Of a stretch of 64,000 nucleotides of DNA, positions 48,430-59,139 are shown one piece after another. Made by a program: the position numbers and the translations under genes. The notes beneath the pieces were generated by a model that was given only the letters and a program-made list of their open reading frames with translations, was not told the origin of the DNA and did not search any database. Position 1 is the stretch's first letter. Every line of letters starts with the position of its first letter. The stretch is from Bifidobacteriaceae bacterium (lineage in GTDB: Bacteria > Actinomycetota > Actinomycetes > Actinomycetales > WQXJ01), in contig JAIRXP010000051.1 in assembly GCA_031268215.1 (NCBI GenBank), positions 43,992 to 107,991 on the forward strand, read 5' to 3'.

Positions 48430-49206
48430 ATGGACCCGGACTGGATCCTCTTAGCTTTTGACCCCTTGGGGTTGGGCACCCTCTGGGATGCCATCAACGA
48501 CTTTATTCGTGGGCTCGCCCAATCGCCTTGGGCGCTCGCGGCCGTTTACCTGGTGGCCGTGATAGACGGGTTCTTCCCACCTGTGCCAGCCGAAACACTG
48601 ATAGTGGCCACCTCAGCCGTGTACTCCTCGGCTGGGCTGTGGTGGGAAGCGTTGCTCGTTTGGGTCTTGGGAGCCGCTGGTGCGCTGACTGGAGACACCA
48701 TCGCCTACTCGTTGGGACGTTGGTTCAACGCTGGGCATTGGCGGATCTTCCGCGCCGGCAAGGGACAGACGGCTCTGGCCTGGGCCCGCCGGCTGTTCGC
48801 TCGCGGCGCTGCCCCGCTACTGATGGTGGCGCGTTTCATTCCTGGCGGTAGGGTTGCGGTCAACCTGACCGCTGGAACGGTCCGGTACCCACTGCGCCGC
48901 TTCCTTCTGGTCGATGCCGCCGCCGCCGTTTGCTGGTCCGCTTACTCGGTTGGGGTTGGGCACATCGCAGGCAAGGCGGCGCGTGAAAACCCTCTGCTGG
49001 GAGTGGTCTGCGGGATCGCCTTCGCCATGACGCTCGGCATCTTGGTTCAATGGCTGATCAACCGCCACTATGACCGGACCCCAGCCGCCGGTTCAGACGG
49101 GGCTGGCGCCCCGGCCCCTGACGACACTGGGGCTCTTGGTGAAACGGTGGTTCTGGAGGACCCGGCGGCCTCGACGGAGGACGGCCAGGCGGCATCGGGC
49201 GGCTAA
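48430..49206 (+). CDS. DedA family membrane protein
   Basis: 258 aa. DedA signature region DGFFPPVPAETLIV...GDTIAYSLGR...RFIPGGR. Confidence 0.8.
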   Translation: MDPDWILLAFDPLGLGTLWDAINDFIRGLAQSPWALAAVYLVAVIDGFFPPVPAETLIVATSAVYSSAGLWWEALLVWVLGAAGALTGDTIAYSLGRWFNAGHWRIFRAGKGQTALAWARRLFARGAAPLLMVARFIPGGRVAVNLTAGTVRYPLRRFLLVDAAAAVCWSAYSVGVGHIAGKAARENPLLGVVCGIAFAMTLGILVQWLINRHYDRTPAAGSDGAGAPAPDDTGALGETVVLEDPAASTEDGQAASGG

Positions 49207-49369
49207 GCCGGGTGGCGGTGGCCGGCCCCGCCCAAAAGTATTTTGGTGCAAAGATAAATTTCCGCGTGTTGGGCTAGGCATAAGGTCCTGTTGTTCGGTA
49301 GGCTCGCATGGTCGCGGAAGCAGCGACACATCAATGCGGATGAATTTCAGCCCCAAGAGAGGAACATCA

Positions 49370-50419
49370 ATGAAGGCACTCGTTTACCAAGGACCTGGTA
49401 AGAAATCCTGGGAAGACGTACCCGACCCAACCATCCAAGATCCGAACGACGTCATCGTGAAGATCGACACGACCACAATCTGTGGTTCTGACCTGCACAT
49501 TCTCAAAGGTGATGTGCCCACAGTCGAGCCCGGGCGCGTGCTCGGACACGAAGGTGTCGGCACAATCGTCGAGGTGGGCTCAGGCGTTTCGAAGTTCGAG
49601 GCGGGTCACCGTGTGGTGGTGAACTGCATCACCACTTGTGGTACCTGCCCCTACTGCCGCGTGGGCCATCCGTCCCACTGCCAATCGGCCGGCGGGATCG
49701 GCTGGCTGCTTGGCCACCTGGTCAACGGCACCCAAGCGGAGTACGTGCGGATCCCGTTCGGTGAGACCTCGCTGCACTCAATCCCGCCGGGCCTGTCGGA
49801 CGAAGAAGTCATCTTCGTTTCCGACATCATCCCGACCGGCTATGAGATGGGCGTGCTCAATGGGGATGTCCAGCCTGGCAACGACGTGGTCGTGATTGGT
49901 GCGGGCCCGGTGGGCCTGGCCGCCATGGTCACAGCGCAGCTAAAGAGCCCGCGCCGGATCATCGCGGTGGACCTGGACGATTTCCGTCTGGAGGCCGCCC
50001 GCAAGAGCTTCGGCGCCACCCACACCGTCAACTCCGGCCGTGAAGGCTGGAAGGAAGAGGTCCGGGCGCTGACCCGCCACGGCGGCGCCGATGTCGTCAT
50101 GGAGGCTGTTGGCGTGCCGGTCACCCTTGAAGCGGCCTTCGAACTGGTACGCCCAACGGGCCGGATCGCCAATATTGGCGTGCATGGAGCACCGGTGACC
50201 ATGCCGATTGACCGGCTGTGGATCGAAAACATCACCATGACGATGGGCTTGGTGGACGCTGTAACCGCTCCAACCTTGATCGAACTGATCGAGGCGGGCA
50301 AACTCAACGTCCGGCCGCTGGCCACGCATCACTTCAAGCTCAATGAGATGCTGGACGCTTACGACGTCTTCGGCAAGGCCGCCAAGAACGAGGCCTTGAA
50401 GGTCGTCATCCAGTCCTGA
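49370..50419 (+). CDS. zinc-dependent alcohol dehydrogenase (MDR family)
   Basis: Start at MKALVYQGPG (GAGAGGA upstream); track ORF 49070 over-extends into dedA. Motifs: GHEGVG, C..C..C...C structural zinc site, GAGPVGL. Confidence 0.88.
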   Translation: MKALVYQGPGKKSWEDVPDPTIQDPNDVIVKIDTTTICGSDLHILKGDVPTVEPGRVLGHEGVGTIVEVGSGVSKFEAGHRVVVNCITTCGTCPYCRVGHPSHCQSAGGIGWLLGHLVNGTQAEYVRIPFGETSLHSIPPGLSDEEVIFVSDIIPTGYEMGVLNGDVQPGNDVVVIGAGPVGLAAMVTAQLKSPRRIIAVDLDDFRLEAARKSFGATHTVNSGREGWKEEVRALTRHGGADVVMEAVGVPVTLEAAFELVRPTGRIANIGVHGAPVTMPIDRLWIENITMTMGLVDAVTAPTLIELIEAGKLNVRPLATHHFKLNEMLDAYDVFGKAAKNEALKVVIQS

Positions 50420-50499
50420 CTGACTGGCGAGTAGTTGACGGAACGGCCGTGTCGCCACCCGGTCTGAGGACGGGCGGCGGCACGGCCGTGTCGTTGCGA

Positions 50500-51851
50500 A
50501 TGAGCGCGGTGGTATTCATCGTGTTTGGGCTTTGCGGGTCGGTGGTGGGCTGTGTAGGTACCGGTTCGACCGATGGCCTGTCTTCTACGCCGTCGGTTTC
50601 CGACCTTTCGGGGGGGCGGGGACCGGCGGCGGAAGTGGCGACGGGGTGAGACTGCGGCTCCAGGTTGATTCGCCAGTGGAGCTGCCGTACACCTCGCACT
50701 ACGAGACGGCTCGCAGAGTGGTGGCGGCGTCGTATGAAAAGCAGGAGGATGCTTGGCAGCGGTGGCAGGGTGACTCAGAGAGCTTCACAGCCAAGTGTAT
50801 GCGGGAGGCCGGATTCGACTATTACCCGGTCGAGTATGATGCGGAGACATCCGAGGAGGTCGCCGAGCGGTCCTATCCGGGGGGCGACACTCTCGATATC
50901 CCCTGGTTGCCGGACAGGCGCCAGGACGTGGAGCGTGTGGGCTATGGGGTCGTGAGTGCGGATGAGTACGGCGGCGCGGATCAGTTCACGGACCCGGAAC
51001 CTGACCAGAACTCGCGGTACGTGGCGGGGTTGTCGAGTTCTGCTAGGCGTGAGTATTACCTGGCGTGGGCGGGCTATGAGGAGGGTTCCCATGAACTAGT
51101 CAACGCGGACAACTGCGGCGACAGGGCGGCCGTGAGGTTCCCGGAGCCTGAACCGGAGGAGTTGTCTTTTCTGGACACGCTTGACCGGATGAAGGGTGTG
51201 ATGGGTGGTGGGCAGTACACGGTTGACGTTACGACTGGTTCGGCGAGAGCTGATCGGGAGCCGGCCGAATGGGAGTTGTGGGGGCACCCGGGTTACAAGG
51301 CTTTGTTGGCGGATTACACGGACTGTTTGAGGCAGGCTGACGGGTCCGGTGGGATTGGCCGCTGGCTGGGTGCTGGGGATGCGAACATTGACCCGACGGC
51401 GGTGTTAAGGCTGGCGGTCGCTACCGGGGAGGACGGTTCTGTGGCGCCGGCGGGCGGGCCGGCTCGTACAGATCTGCCGGAGGAGTCAGACTTCGCTGGG
51501 CTGGGCGTACCGTTGAGCCCGCTTCTAGCCGCGGGGGAGGACCTCCAGTTTGGCGCCGGAGGGCACCGGCGGGGTGAGTTGTTCGGGACTGGCGCCCATG
51601 ATCGCCTTGAGGCGGTCGTAGCGCAGGCTTATCGCGGCGGCGCTGAGTTGGCCCAAGGTGCCGTTCGCGGAATCCTGGAGCATGTAAAGACGGTGGCCAT
51701 GGACGGAATCGACTGTGACGCCGGCCCAGGTCATGGCTGTGACACGGGCCCCGGTGATGTCCTTGGTGATCGTGACGAACGCCACAGCACCGGTGTCGGT
51801 GTTGGGGCCGGTTACCGGATCTGTCTGGTTGGACAAGAAATTGCCCAGTGA
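50500..51851 (+). pseudogene. lipoprotein gene, apparently frameshifted at a G7 tract; 3' end uncertain
   Basis: The lipobox signal MSAVVFIVFGLCGSVVGC is in the frame of ORF 50449..50649. The acidic body (VDSPVELPY...YEKQEDAWQRW...) is in the frame of ORF 50532..51851. The two frames overlap around GGGGGGG 50609-50615, and one extra G would fuse them. The last 327 nt run antisense through capA. Confidence 0.55.
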
Positions 51852-52868
51852 ATAAACGACCCACATGCCTTGGCCGTCCACACCGCCAGGGACCAACTCC
51901 ATGGGCTGGGTCACATGCGGGTGGTCGCCAATGACGGCATCGATTTGGCCTGATGCCGCCAGTCGGGAGACAATCGCCCGTTGTTCGGCCGAAGGCACGG
52001 TCTGGTATTCGACGCCAGCGTGAATGGAAGCCAGCACCACATCTGCGCCGGCGGCACGGGCGGCCACCGCCTGCTTGGCCATGGCGGCTGTGTCGATGGG
52101 AGTGTTGACGGACCATGGCCGGGCCGGTGGCACGGCTATGCCGTTGGTTCCATAGGTGGCCGCGATGTGGGCGATGGTCAGTTCCTGGCCGTTGCCGGTC
52201 AGCCGGTAGAGCTGGGGTAGCGCGGCGTCAGCGGCGGTCAAGGCCGTGCCGGCGTAACCCATGCCATTAGCCTTCAGCGTTTCGAGCGTGTAGGACAAGC
52301 CATCCCAACCCTGGTCAAGCGAGTGGTTGGAAGACGTTGTGCAGCCATCCCAACCCTGTTCCGCCATGTCTCGGACTAACTCTGGCACCGCCCCAAAGAC
52401 GGGGTAGCCGCTGGGCTTTCGGCCCGGCGGTGCCAGGGGTACCTCCATTTGGCAGATCGCCAGATCTGCCGCCGCGATCCACCGGTCAACTCCGGCCAGT
52501 AGAGGAGTGAAGTCGTAGCCGCCGCTGGCGGCGGCTGAAGCGTTCACCGGCATGTGGGTCAGCATGTCTCCGCCAAAGGCGACGGTTGCGGTCAAAGCGG
52601 ACGGCACTTCCGGCGGCGCCTCGCGCGGCGCCGGCCGGACTGTGACGGTGACCAGTGGGGGACTTGAGGGGCCAGGTGGACTGACGCCGGCGGCATCGTC
52701 GGATTGGTATAGGACGAGTGCTAAAACTATCCCCAATCCGCCGCAAGCCGTGAGCGTTGACCCGAGTGCGGTCAGCAGGCGCCGGCGGATAGGGCTCACG
52801 GTGTCTAGCCTATTTGCCAAACCAGCGTTCGACGTGCTGGACGAACGAAGTTTCGAAAGCGTCGTCAC
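51525..52868 (-). CDS. CapA family (PGA_cap metallophosphatase-like) membrane-anchored protein
   Basis: 447 aa. TM anchor LLTALGSTLTACGGLGIVLALVLY; FGGDML; GDHPHV. An alternative GTG start at 52799 would remove the 59-nt overlap with the upstream gene. Confidence 0.8.
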   Translation of the reverse strand: MTTLSKLRSSSTSNAGLANRLDTVSPIRRRLLTALGSTLTACGGLGIVLALVLYQSDDAAGVSPPGPSSPPLVTVTVRPAPREAPPEVPSALTATVAFGGDMLTHMPVNASAAASGGYDFTPLLAGVDRWIAAADLAICQMEVPLAPPGRKPSGYPVFGAVPELVRDMAEQGWDGCTTSSNHSLDQGWDGLSYTLETLKANGMGYAGTALTAADAALPQLYRLTGNGQELTIAHIAATYGTNGIAVPPARPWSVNTPIDTAAMAKQAVAARAAGADVVLASIHAGVEYQTVPSAEQRAIVSRLAASGQIDAVIGDHPHVTQPMELVPGGVDGQGMWVVYSLGNFLSNQTDPVTGPNTDTGAVAFVTITKDITGARVTAMTWAGVTVDSVHGHRLYMLQDSANGTLGQLSAAAISLRYDRLKAIMGASPEQLTPPVPSGAKLEVLPRG

Positions 52869-53859
52869 TGTGGTGTTCGGCCAGCCAATCCGTCAGCGAC
52901 CCGCCGGCCGCCTGATCCATCTCCTGGCGGCAAGCGGCCGGATCGGTGACGGCGCGCAGTAGCATCGCCTCCGCGCCGGCCAGGTCGCGGTAAAAGAACG
53001 GGTAGCCTTCAGGCACTAGCGCTCGGGCCCAGTCCCTATCCGGGAAGATGCCAATGGCGCCGGCCAGCAGGGCTTCAATGTATTCCAGGCCGTAAGTCTC
53101 CTCACGGGCCGTGGCCAGGAAAGCGGTGGTTGAGGCGAGGGCCTCCCAGTACTGTTCGCGGGAAGGCGTCAGCGGCCCGACCCAGGCCCACTTGTTGCGA
53201 GACAAAGCCATCGCCTGATGTGAGACCAGATGCTGTTCGGTCAGCCGTGCTGCGACCTGGATGGGTGCACGTTTGGCCACCCGGGTCACCACGTCGATGA
53301 ACTGCTGTGGCTGCTTGCGTTCCGACATGTAGATGGCGGGGTAGAGCACAACGGGCCGCTCCGGTTCTTGCCGGGGCCGCAAATGATCCACGTGGATCCC
53401 CAGATTGACCCAGGAGATGCGGGCGCGCTCGGCCAGCGGTTGAACGGTCCAACGGCGGACATACTCATGAATCGCCTTGGCGGTCCTTTCCGAGTTGGCG
53501 AAAGTTGGGAACAGCGCACAGGACAGCGACAGGGTGGCCAGTTCGACAGTTGAGTCGTAGCGGGTCCAGTTCCACCACATGAAGTTCATGAGCTTGGGGC
53601 TGGCGGTATTGGCTTTGAGCGTCATCCAGGCGTCAGCTGAATCGAGCACGTCCATGTTGATGACAACGGTTTCTTCGGCGTCGACCATCTCCAAGGGGAG
53701 CACATCGAAGCTGGGGTAGCGGTGGACCTGCGGCGCGACCAGCGCGGCGCCGGGGAAGACCCTAAGCAACCGACGGACCAGAGTGGCGCCGGCGTCATGT
53801 CCGGCCACGGTCCCGTCTGATTCAATCACGATTCCGGAGTACTTGACGGCGATCTTCAT
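52810..53859 (-). CDS. hypothetical protein with a GT-B glycosyltransferase-like C-terminal motif
   Basis: 349 aa. REETYGLEYIEALLAGAIGIF resembles the E-x-FG...EA..G motif of GT4-type enzymes. No firm family assignment. Confidence 0.45.
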   Translation of the reverse strand: MKIAVKYSGIVIESDGTVAGHDAGATLVRRLLRVFPGAALVAPQVHRYPSFDVLPLEMVDAEETVVINMDVLDSADAWMTLKANTASPKLMNFMWWNWTRYDSTVELATLSLSCALFPTFANSERTAKAIHEYVRRWTVQPLAERARISWVNLGIHVDHLRPRQEPERPVVLYPAIYMSERKQPQQFIDVVTRVAKRAPIQVAARLTEQHLVSHQAMALSRNKWAWVGPLTPSREQYWEALASTTAFLATAREETYGLEYIEALLAGAIGIFPDRDWARALVPEGYPFFYRDLAGAEAMLLRAVTDPAACRQEMDQAAGGSLTDWLAEHHSDDAFETSFVQHVERWFGK

Positions 53860-53936
53860 GTGCTTCCTACCCTAGTGTTGGCGGATCGTCGGTTGGACGC
53901 TGGCCGATGGAGAGGCCGCGTCAACCCGGGTCGCGA

Positions 53937-53956
53937 AGGGCGTTGTCCAACGCCCT
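53937..53956 (-). terminator. short GC hairpin downstream of the ABC/DUF4190-like unit
   Basis: AGGGCGTTG-tc-CAACGCCCT, about 85 nt after the stop at 54041. No U-tract. Confidence 0.3.
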
Positions 53957-54040
53957 CCTAGGCTACCCGTACCGGCGGCATCGGTCTTGGACCAAAGGCC
54001 ACTTTGCTTTAGGCCGCGCTCATCGTCGCTCAATAACGTA

Positions 54041-54415
54041 CTAAAATGGGAACGTTTCTTCGAGGTTCATGAAGACCGCTATGACGATCCCCACCAACCC
54101 AATTAGGCCGGCCGGCAGACACCAACCGAGACCTCGCTCGCGGCCGTGGTGGATGCGCCATGCCGACCAGAAGGCCAGGATCACGGCGCATCCATCCATG
54201 GGTACCCCGAGGAACAGCCCGACCCAGGGAAACAACGAAAGGGCCAGGCCAATCACCGCCACTGCCAGAGAAACTAAACCGACCGGGCTGACGGGCAGCG
54301 CACCGGTTGCGTAGTCGGGGATCCGGTAAGTGTCGAGTGGTTTCAGTTCGCGGCGGAACAGGTCTTCCGGCTGGGGGCGCGCTGGCTCTTCCTGTGGGTA
54401 GCGGACTGAGTTCAT
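54041..54415 (-). CDS. small membrane protein (DUF4190-like)
   Basis: 124 aa. Pro/Glu-rich N-terminus, then hydrophobic helices VGLVSLAVAVIGLALSLF, GCAVILAFWSAW and LPAGLIGLVGIVIAVF. Preferred over the overlapping frame 54030..54419, which is Arg/Pro-rich. Confidence 0.6.
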   Translation of the reverse strand: MNSVRYPQEEPARPQPEDLFRRELKPLDTYRIPDYATGALPVSPVGLVSLAVAVIGLALSLFPWVGLFLGVPMDGCAVILAFWSAWRIHHGRERGLGWCLPAGLIGLVGIVIAVFMNLEETFPF

Positions 54416-54490
54416 GCACCTAAGCTAGGGCGCGAATGTGACGTAGATCACATTCTTGGCCGCGATGGTCACTCTTTGGACGCCCGGCTC

Positions 54491-56740
54491 CTACTCGAGG
54501 CCCTTGAGGGCCTCGACCGGTTCGATTGACCGGACCCGGCGCCTCAGGAACAAGGTGGTGGATAACGCGGAGAGGGCTGTCACGGCCATCGAGATGAACA
54601 CCGATTGCCAAGTTATGCTGGGGTAGTAGGCCGTATCCCGGGTGTCGAACATGGTGACGTAGACGGTCAAGAACCAGTACCCGACAGGCAGGCCGATTCC
54701 CAGACCGATGGCCGTCATGACGGCGTTTTCGGTTCCGACCAGCCGTCTGATGTCGGCCTTGGTGAACCCTAGTACTGAGAGCGTGGCGTAGTCGCGCGTG
54801 CGCTCCGTGAACGCGAGGGAGCCGAGCGAGTAGAGCACCACGACGGCCAAGATGATCGCGAATACACGGATCAGCATGAAGATCGATTCGAGACCTTTGA
54901 CAAGTTCGTTGCCATTATCGACCTGCAGTGATCGGTCCAGGACCTGTGCGGCCTGATCTGAATCCGAACGTTGTCCTGCGGGTGTCAAAGCGGTCGTGGG
55001 CGTGAAGGTGAGGCCTTGATCCTCCCAGTAGCTTTGGGTCACGTAGAAGCCCTGTGGCGTGGACGTGTCGATAATCGCGGTGAGATCCGCGACGACAGTC
55101 GCATCCGCCGCCGGTATTTCCAGTTTCAATTCATCTCCGGCGGCGAACGCTAAACGTTTGGCCATGGCGGCTGTGGCGTAGACGCCGGCAGCGCCTGGCG
55201 CCGCTTTTCCGTCCGCTGTTAGGTGCATAGAGTCGCCACTGCCCACCACGGTGAGGACCAAGTCTTCAAAGCCGCTGTCAGCGCGGACAATAGTCTCTTG
55301 GAGCAATTGTGTCCCCTCCGGCAACTCATCCAGAGGCGCCCCAGGGATCAGAGTAAGACGCTGCTCGTGAGTTCGTTCGACAGCGAAAACCTGCTTGACT
55401 TGGTCGTACATACTGTCGGAGACGCCGAATCCCGCGAATAGCAGCATCATGCACCCGACGGCGGCGATGATGCCCATCAGGAAGCGTACGCGGTTGAGCA
55501 TTGAGTCGCGCAGCGCCCACCTGGCGCCAACGCTAAACCGATTCCAAATACCGGCCAAACGCTCGATGCCGACGTGGCGGGCGCGGCCGATCGCTTGGCG
55601 TAAGCCCTCTGCCGGAGTCAGCGTCAAAGGCTTCGCCACCGCCAGAAGGGCGCTAGCGCAGCAGGCCGCCACGATCAAGAGAAAGACGACACCTGACAGC
55701 GGGGTGTATGCGATGGTCCAATCCGGCAAGGCGAACATGGCTTTTTGGGTCCCGAGGACGAAGAGTGAGATGGCTGGCGCCGCGAGTGCCCCGACGGCCG
55801 CGCCAACACCACCCGAAGCGAGGCCGAAGGCCAGAAAATGAAGGCGGATCTGAGAGCGAGCGAAGCCCATTGCTTGGAGCGTCGCGATTTCTAGACGTTG
55901 CATCGCCACGATTCGGCGGATGGCGGTAAACATCGCCAATAGTGCCAACAAGATAAACAGCCCACAGAACAGGTAGGACAGATTCTTGATCTGTGCCACG
56001 CGGTCAAACGCGGTGGCGACGGAGGCCCTAGTAGCGCGGCTTTGGACCGTCTGGTAGTCGGTGCCGAGGATTCCAGGAGCGGCCTTGGCGACCGCTTCTG
56101 CGTCGCCTGCGAAGCGCACCAAATTCGATGGGCCCGCGCCCAATGTTTCACTGCCCAGATAACCGTACCCATACTTGCTCGGCTCTGGGGCACCGAGCGC
56201 TGGAGTGCCGGTGAAGTACACCTCGTCGGGAGACAGCACCAACCCCAGAACGTCCAGGGTCTCTGTTTGGCCGCCGGCGTCGATTGTCACTTCGCTGCCG
56301 ACTTGTAGGTCGTGTGCCTCGGCGTAGTCGCGGTCCAGCCACAGGCCCGTCTTGCCAGGTTCCACGGGATCACCTTCGGTGACCGCGGGTCGCGACAAAG
56401 TCTGGTCGGTCGCGGATTCGACCCGGAGGTAACCGCCGTTGTCGGACTGATCGGTTACCCAGCCCTGGGTCGCCGCCTCTACCCGCTCCACGCCGGACAG
56501 ATCTGCGAATTGATCAAGCTGAGCGGGCGTGACGGTGCGAGCCTGGATCCAACCGTCGGCGAGACTGTTAGATTCAGCGAACCTGTCGAGCGAGACCTCA
56601 AGCCCATGCCAAGCTCCTTCAAGCCCCACGTAACACAAGGCCGAGAGCAGCGCCATCAGGAACACCGCGAAGAACTGCCGCCAAGCTTGGAGGAGATCGC
56701 GCATCAGCTTCCGGAGCAGGCCGCCGCTCACCAGTTCCAC
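54491..56740 (-). CDS. MacB/FtsX-type ABC transporter permease (duplicated 4-TM FtsX modules, each with a large extracytoplasmic domain)
   Basis: 749 aa. Two repeats of TM, an approximately 200-aa loop, then 3 TM. Overlaps the ATPase gene by 13 nt. Confidence 0.85.
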   Translation of the reverse strand: MELVSGGLLRKLMRDLLQAWRQFFAVFLMALLSALCYVGLEGAWHGLEVSLDRFAESNSLADGWIQARTVTPAQLDQFADLSGVERVEAATQGWVTDQSDNGGYLRVESATDQTLSRPAVTEGDPVEPGKTGLWLDRDYAEAHDLQVGSEVTIDAGGQTETLDVLGLVLSPDEVYFTGTPALGAPEPSKYGYGYLGSETLGAGPSNLVRFAGDAEAVAKAAPGILGTDYQTVQSRATRASVATAFDRVAQIKNLSYLFCGLFILLALLAMFTAIRRIVAMQRLEIATLQAMGFARSQIRLHFLAFGLASGGVGAAVGALAAPAISLFVLGTQKAMFALPDWTIAYTPLSGVVFLLIVAACCASALLAVAKPLTLTPAEGLRQAIGRARHVGIERLAGIWNRFSVGARWALRDSMLNRVRFLMGIIAAVGCMMLLFAGFGVSDSMYDQVKQVFAVERTHEQRLTLIPGAPLDELPEGTQLLQETIVRADSGFEDLVLTVVGSGDSMHLTADGKAAPGAAGVYATAAMAKRLAFAAGDELKLEIPAADATVVADLTAIIDTSTPQGFYVTQSYWEDQGLTFTPTTALTPAGQRSDSDQAAQVLDRSLQVDNGNELVKGLESIFMLIRVFAIILAVVVLYSLGSLAFTERTRDYATLSVLGFTKADIRRLVGTENAVMTAIGLGIGLPVGYWFLTVYVTMFDTRDTAYYPSITWQSVFISMAVTALSALSTTLFLRRRVRSIEPVEALKGLE

Positions 56741-57411
56741 TGCTCCCGTTCAACAACAGACGCGATCTTCCCGTTGCTGACCCGTATTATTTTGTCGGCC
56801 GCACCGGTCAACGCCTCATTGTGGGTAACGATGACGACGGCGCGGGCAGGATCTTTGGCCAGATCCCGAAGGACCGCTAGAACGCTCGCCCCGGTCTCAG
56901 AGTCCAAGGCCCCCGTCGGTTCATCGCACAGCAGTAAGCGCGGCCGTTTGGCGAGGGCGCGAGCTATGGCAACCCGCTGCATTTCTCCGCCGGAAAGCTG
57001 GAAAGGGAAGCTGTCGCCGCGGTTCTCCAGGCCTACTTCCGCCAACGCCTGGCGCGGATCGATGCGGTCTTGAGCGAATTGACTGCCCAACGCGATGTTC
57101 TCGGCTGCGGTCAGAGAGCTTATGAGATTGTAGAACTGGAACACGAACCCGACGTGGTCGCGCCGGTAGGAGGTCAATTGCTCCTCTGAGGCGGTGGCCA
57201 GGTCCGATCCGTCCACCATAATCGCGCCGGAGGTGGGCGAGTCCATTCCGCCCAACAGGTTGAGAATCGTGGTCTTACCGGAACCGGATGGCCCCAGAAT
57301 CAAGGTCAACTGACCGTCATCAATGCCGAAAGAGGCCTGGTCAACAGCCCTAATCTCCTGCTCTCCCGCTTGGAAGACGCGGGTGACCGCCTTGGTCTCA
57401 ATGGAACTCAA
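56728..57411 (-). CDS. ABC transporter ATP-binding protein (MacB/LolD-type)
   Basis: Probable TTG start at 57411 ([14 protein letters not shown]), with AAGAGGAG just upstream; the track ORF extends to 57534. Walker [37 protein letters not shown]. Confidence 0.85.
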   Translation of the reverse strand: MSSIETKAVTRVFQAGEQEIRAVDQASFGIDDGQLTLILGPSGSGKTTILNLLGGMDSPTSGAIMVDGSDLATASEEQLTSYRRDHVGFVFQFYNLISSLTAAENIALGSQFAQDRIDPRQALAEVGLENRGDSFPFQLSGGEMQRVAIARALAKRPRLLLCDEPTGALDSETGASVLAVLRDLAKDPARAVVIVTHNEALTGAADKIIRVSNGKIASVVEREQWNW

Positions 57412-57451
57412 AGCTCCTCTTTTCTTAGTAGTTGTTTTCGCGTCACGTTGG

Positions 57452-58228
57452 CTAGAACCTGGTGGCCAACCGCAAACGCCCGGCGAGGGTCGGAGGACGT
57501 TGTTGCTCGATGATACGCCTGGCGACCGCCTCACGGCTGGCAGCTATGGCTGCTGTGGCGTGGCGGACGGCAACGTCCGGGGGCAACAGAATCGGAAGCC
57601 CAAGATGATCGGCTATGGCCTCAACGCGGTGCTCTTGAGGTCCGCCTATTACAGTGAAAGGGATCATGAGGTTATCGAACTCAGCCATTATGTCGCGGTC
57701 GGAGATCTGGCGGTACCGCTCCGAGACAGGGCGGTGACCATCGGTGTCCATCGGGAACTCGATGGGAAGATGCACCACGTGCGTGTAATAGGTCGCGGCG
57801 TGTAGGCGCACGATGTCTCCGAAGGCCCTGGTGTAGATACCGAAGAACGGCGCGAATGGAATCCCAGCGATGGCTTTCAAGAGTTGATGCCAAAAGGGAG
57901 CCCCGGGGTTGATACCGATCTTGCGGCGTACCGTGGCGTAGATCCATTCGTTAAGGACCGAGCCGTCGGAAATGAACGATCCTCGAAACAACAACTCCGC
58001 TTCCGCCCGGCACCTCTCTTCGAATCTGCGCAATCCTAGCGCCATCAGTTCCTCAGCGCTCATGTCTTGGAATCGGCGCCCCGGATACAAATCAGTGAGA
58101 ATCTCGCGGGCTGAAAGTGCGTTGATCAGCGGCAGCCCGGTGGCGATGGAGAGTGCGGTCGCTGTGGTGGTCTTGCCGGTCGAGTAAGTTCCTGAGATGA
58201 CTGCGCGTACTGGGTTAGTGTCGCTCAT
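57452..58228 (-). CDS. P-loop ATPase (AAA_28 / NadR-kinase-like)
   Basis: 258 aa. Walker A VISGTYSTGKTT near the N-terminus. ATGA overlap with the upstream AvrD-like gene. Confidence 0.6.
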   Translation of the reverse strand: MSDTNPVRAVISGTYSTGKTTTATALSIATGLPLINALSAREILTDLYPGRRFQDMSAEELMALGLRRFEERCRAEAELLFRGSFISDGSVLNEWIYATVRRKIGINPGAPFWHQLLKAIAGIPFAPFFGIYTRAFGDIVRLHAATYYTHVVHLPIEFPMDTDGHRPVSERYRQISDRDIMAEFDNLMIPFTVIGGPQEHRVEAIADHLGLPILLPPDVAVRHATAAIAASREAVARRIIEQQRPPTLAGRLRLATRF

Positions 58229-59139
58229 GCTCGTTTCCTCGCACGGGCGGCCCTGGGGGCAAGCCGGTCCGGCAAGGCGTGAGCGATGTCGGCCGAGCAG
58301 GTGAAGTGATCCGATCCTCCGGAGATCCTGAAAACACGGAATATCTGACCGCCCAGCGGCACGTCCCGGACTCGGTCGATTCCTCCCTTGACCTCGGTAG
58401 TCACTCCTGGCGCTAGTGGCTTGTTCGGCTCCATCTTGAGGTCGATCCGGCGCATCCAGAGATTGTGGGACTCTGAGCGTTCCATTTCATCGTGACAGTA
58501 GACGAGGGCCTGCGCCATCTGTGCGGCGATCAGGAGCGCCTCGGGCACCTGGACCCGGGATGACGAGGCGCCGGACACGGCCTCCACCAGTGCAGTAGCA
58601 CTGACTTTGGACGCGCCAGCGCCGATCACAAGGTCGAGAATCCGGGTAGGGCGCGACTTCCACGGATCCGCGGCGTTGAGTGGCTGGGGCGCCGCTTCCA
58701 TGAAGTACAGATCGAGGTCCAAGTTCGCTACCCGGGCCTTCACGGACAGGTCAGTTTGGGAGTTGATTCGGTCCGGCGCGTCGAACTCGACGGAAACGGC
58801 TATCTCCTCAATCGGCGCGGGTTCGTTCCCGGCTTTGACTACCGCACGGGTCATGTACAGAGTGTCAACAAGGGCTGGAGCCGGGTTCGTTACCTCGGCG
58901 AAATGTCGCTTGGTGACGTAATCTGCCAAGACGACAGCGTCCAGCGACGACACGTGCGTCGCCGCTTCCTTGCCTCCTTTGGCCGAACGGCTACCCTCGA
59001 TGGTTGTGGTACACTGGACTAGGCGGACTGTGCGGTGCTCGGAGAATGCGTACCGAACCCGGGTGTGTCCCTCGCCGAAATAGCGGGATTCCGAGTCGCC
59101 TAGCACGGCGTCGATCGTCGCAAAAGCCTGAGACATCAT
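58225..59139 (-). CDS. AvrD-like protein (tentative family recognition)
   Basis: 304 aa. The N-terminal TIDAVLGDSESRYFGEGH and THVSSLDAVVLA resemble, from memory, conserved AvrD (syringolide synthesis) motifs. GAGGAGG RBS. Preceded by a 265-bp spacer that looks lower in GC. Confidence 0.45.
   Translation of the reverse strand: MMSQAFATIDAVLGDSESRYFGEGHTRVRYAFSEHRTVRLVQCTTTIEGSRSAKGGKEAATHVSSLDAVVLADYVTKRHFAEVTNPAPALVDTLYMTRAVVKAGNEPAPIEEIAVSVEFDAPDRINSQTDLSVKARVANLDLDLYFMEAAPQPLNAADPWKSRPTRILDLVIGAGASKVSATALVEAVSGASSSRVQVPEALLIAAQMAQALVYCHDEMERSESHNLWMRRIDLKMEPNKPLAPGVTTEVKGGIDRVRDVPLGGQIFRVFRISGGSDHFTCSADIAHALPDRLAPRAARARKRA

Noticed and set aside
50532-50649. Treating 50532..51851 as an intact 439-aa gene starting at the track's first codon.
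   Set aside because: Its N-terminal 35 aa (MRVGGGLCRYRFDRWPVFYAVGFRPFGG) are the out-of-frame shadow of a clear lipoprotein signal in the adjacent frame. Its last roughly 109 aa are antisense to capA. It is called a frameshifted gene instead.
54030-54419. Alternative frame ORF 54030..54419(-) overlapping the DUF4190-like gene.
   Set aside because: The translation is Arg/Pro-rich with no hydrophobic helices. The co-located frame 54041..54415 gives a coherent small membrane protein.
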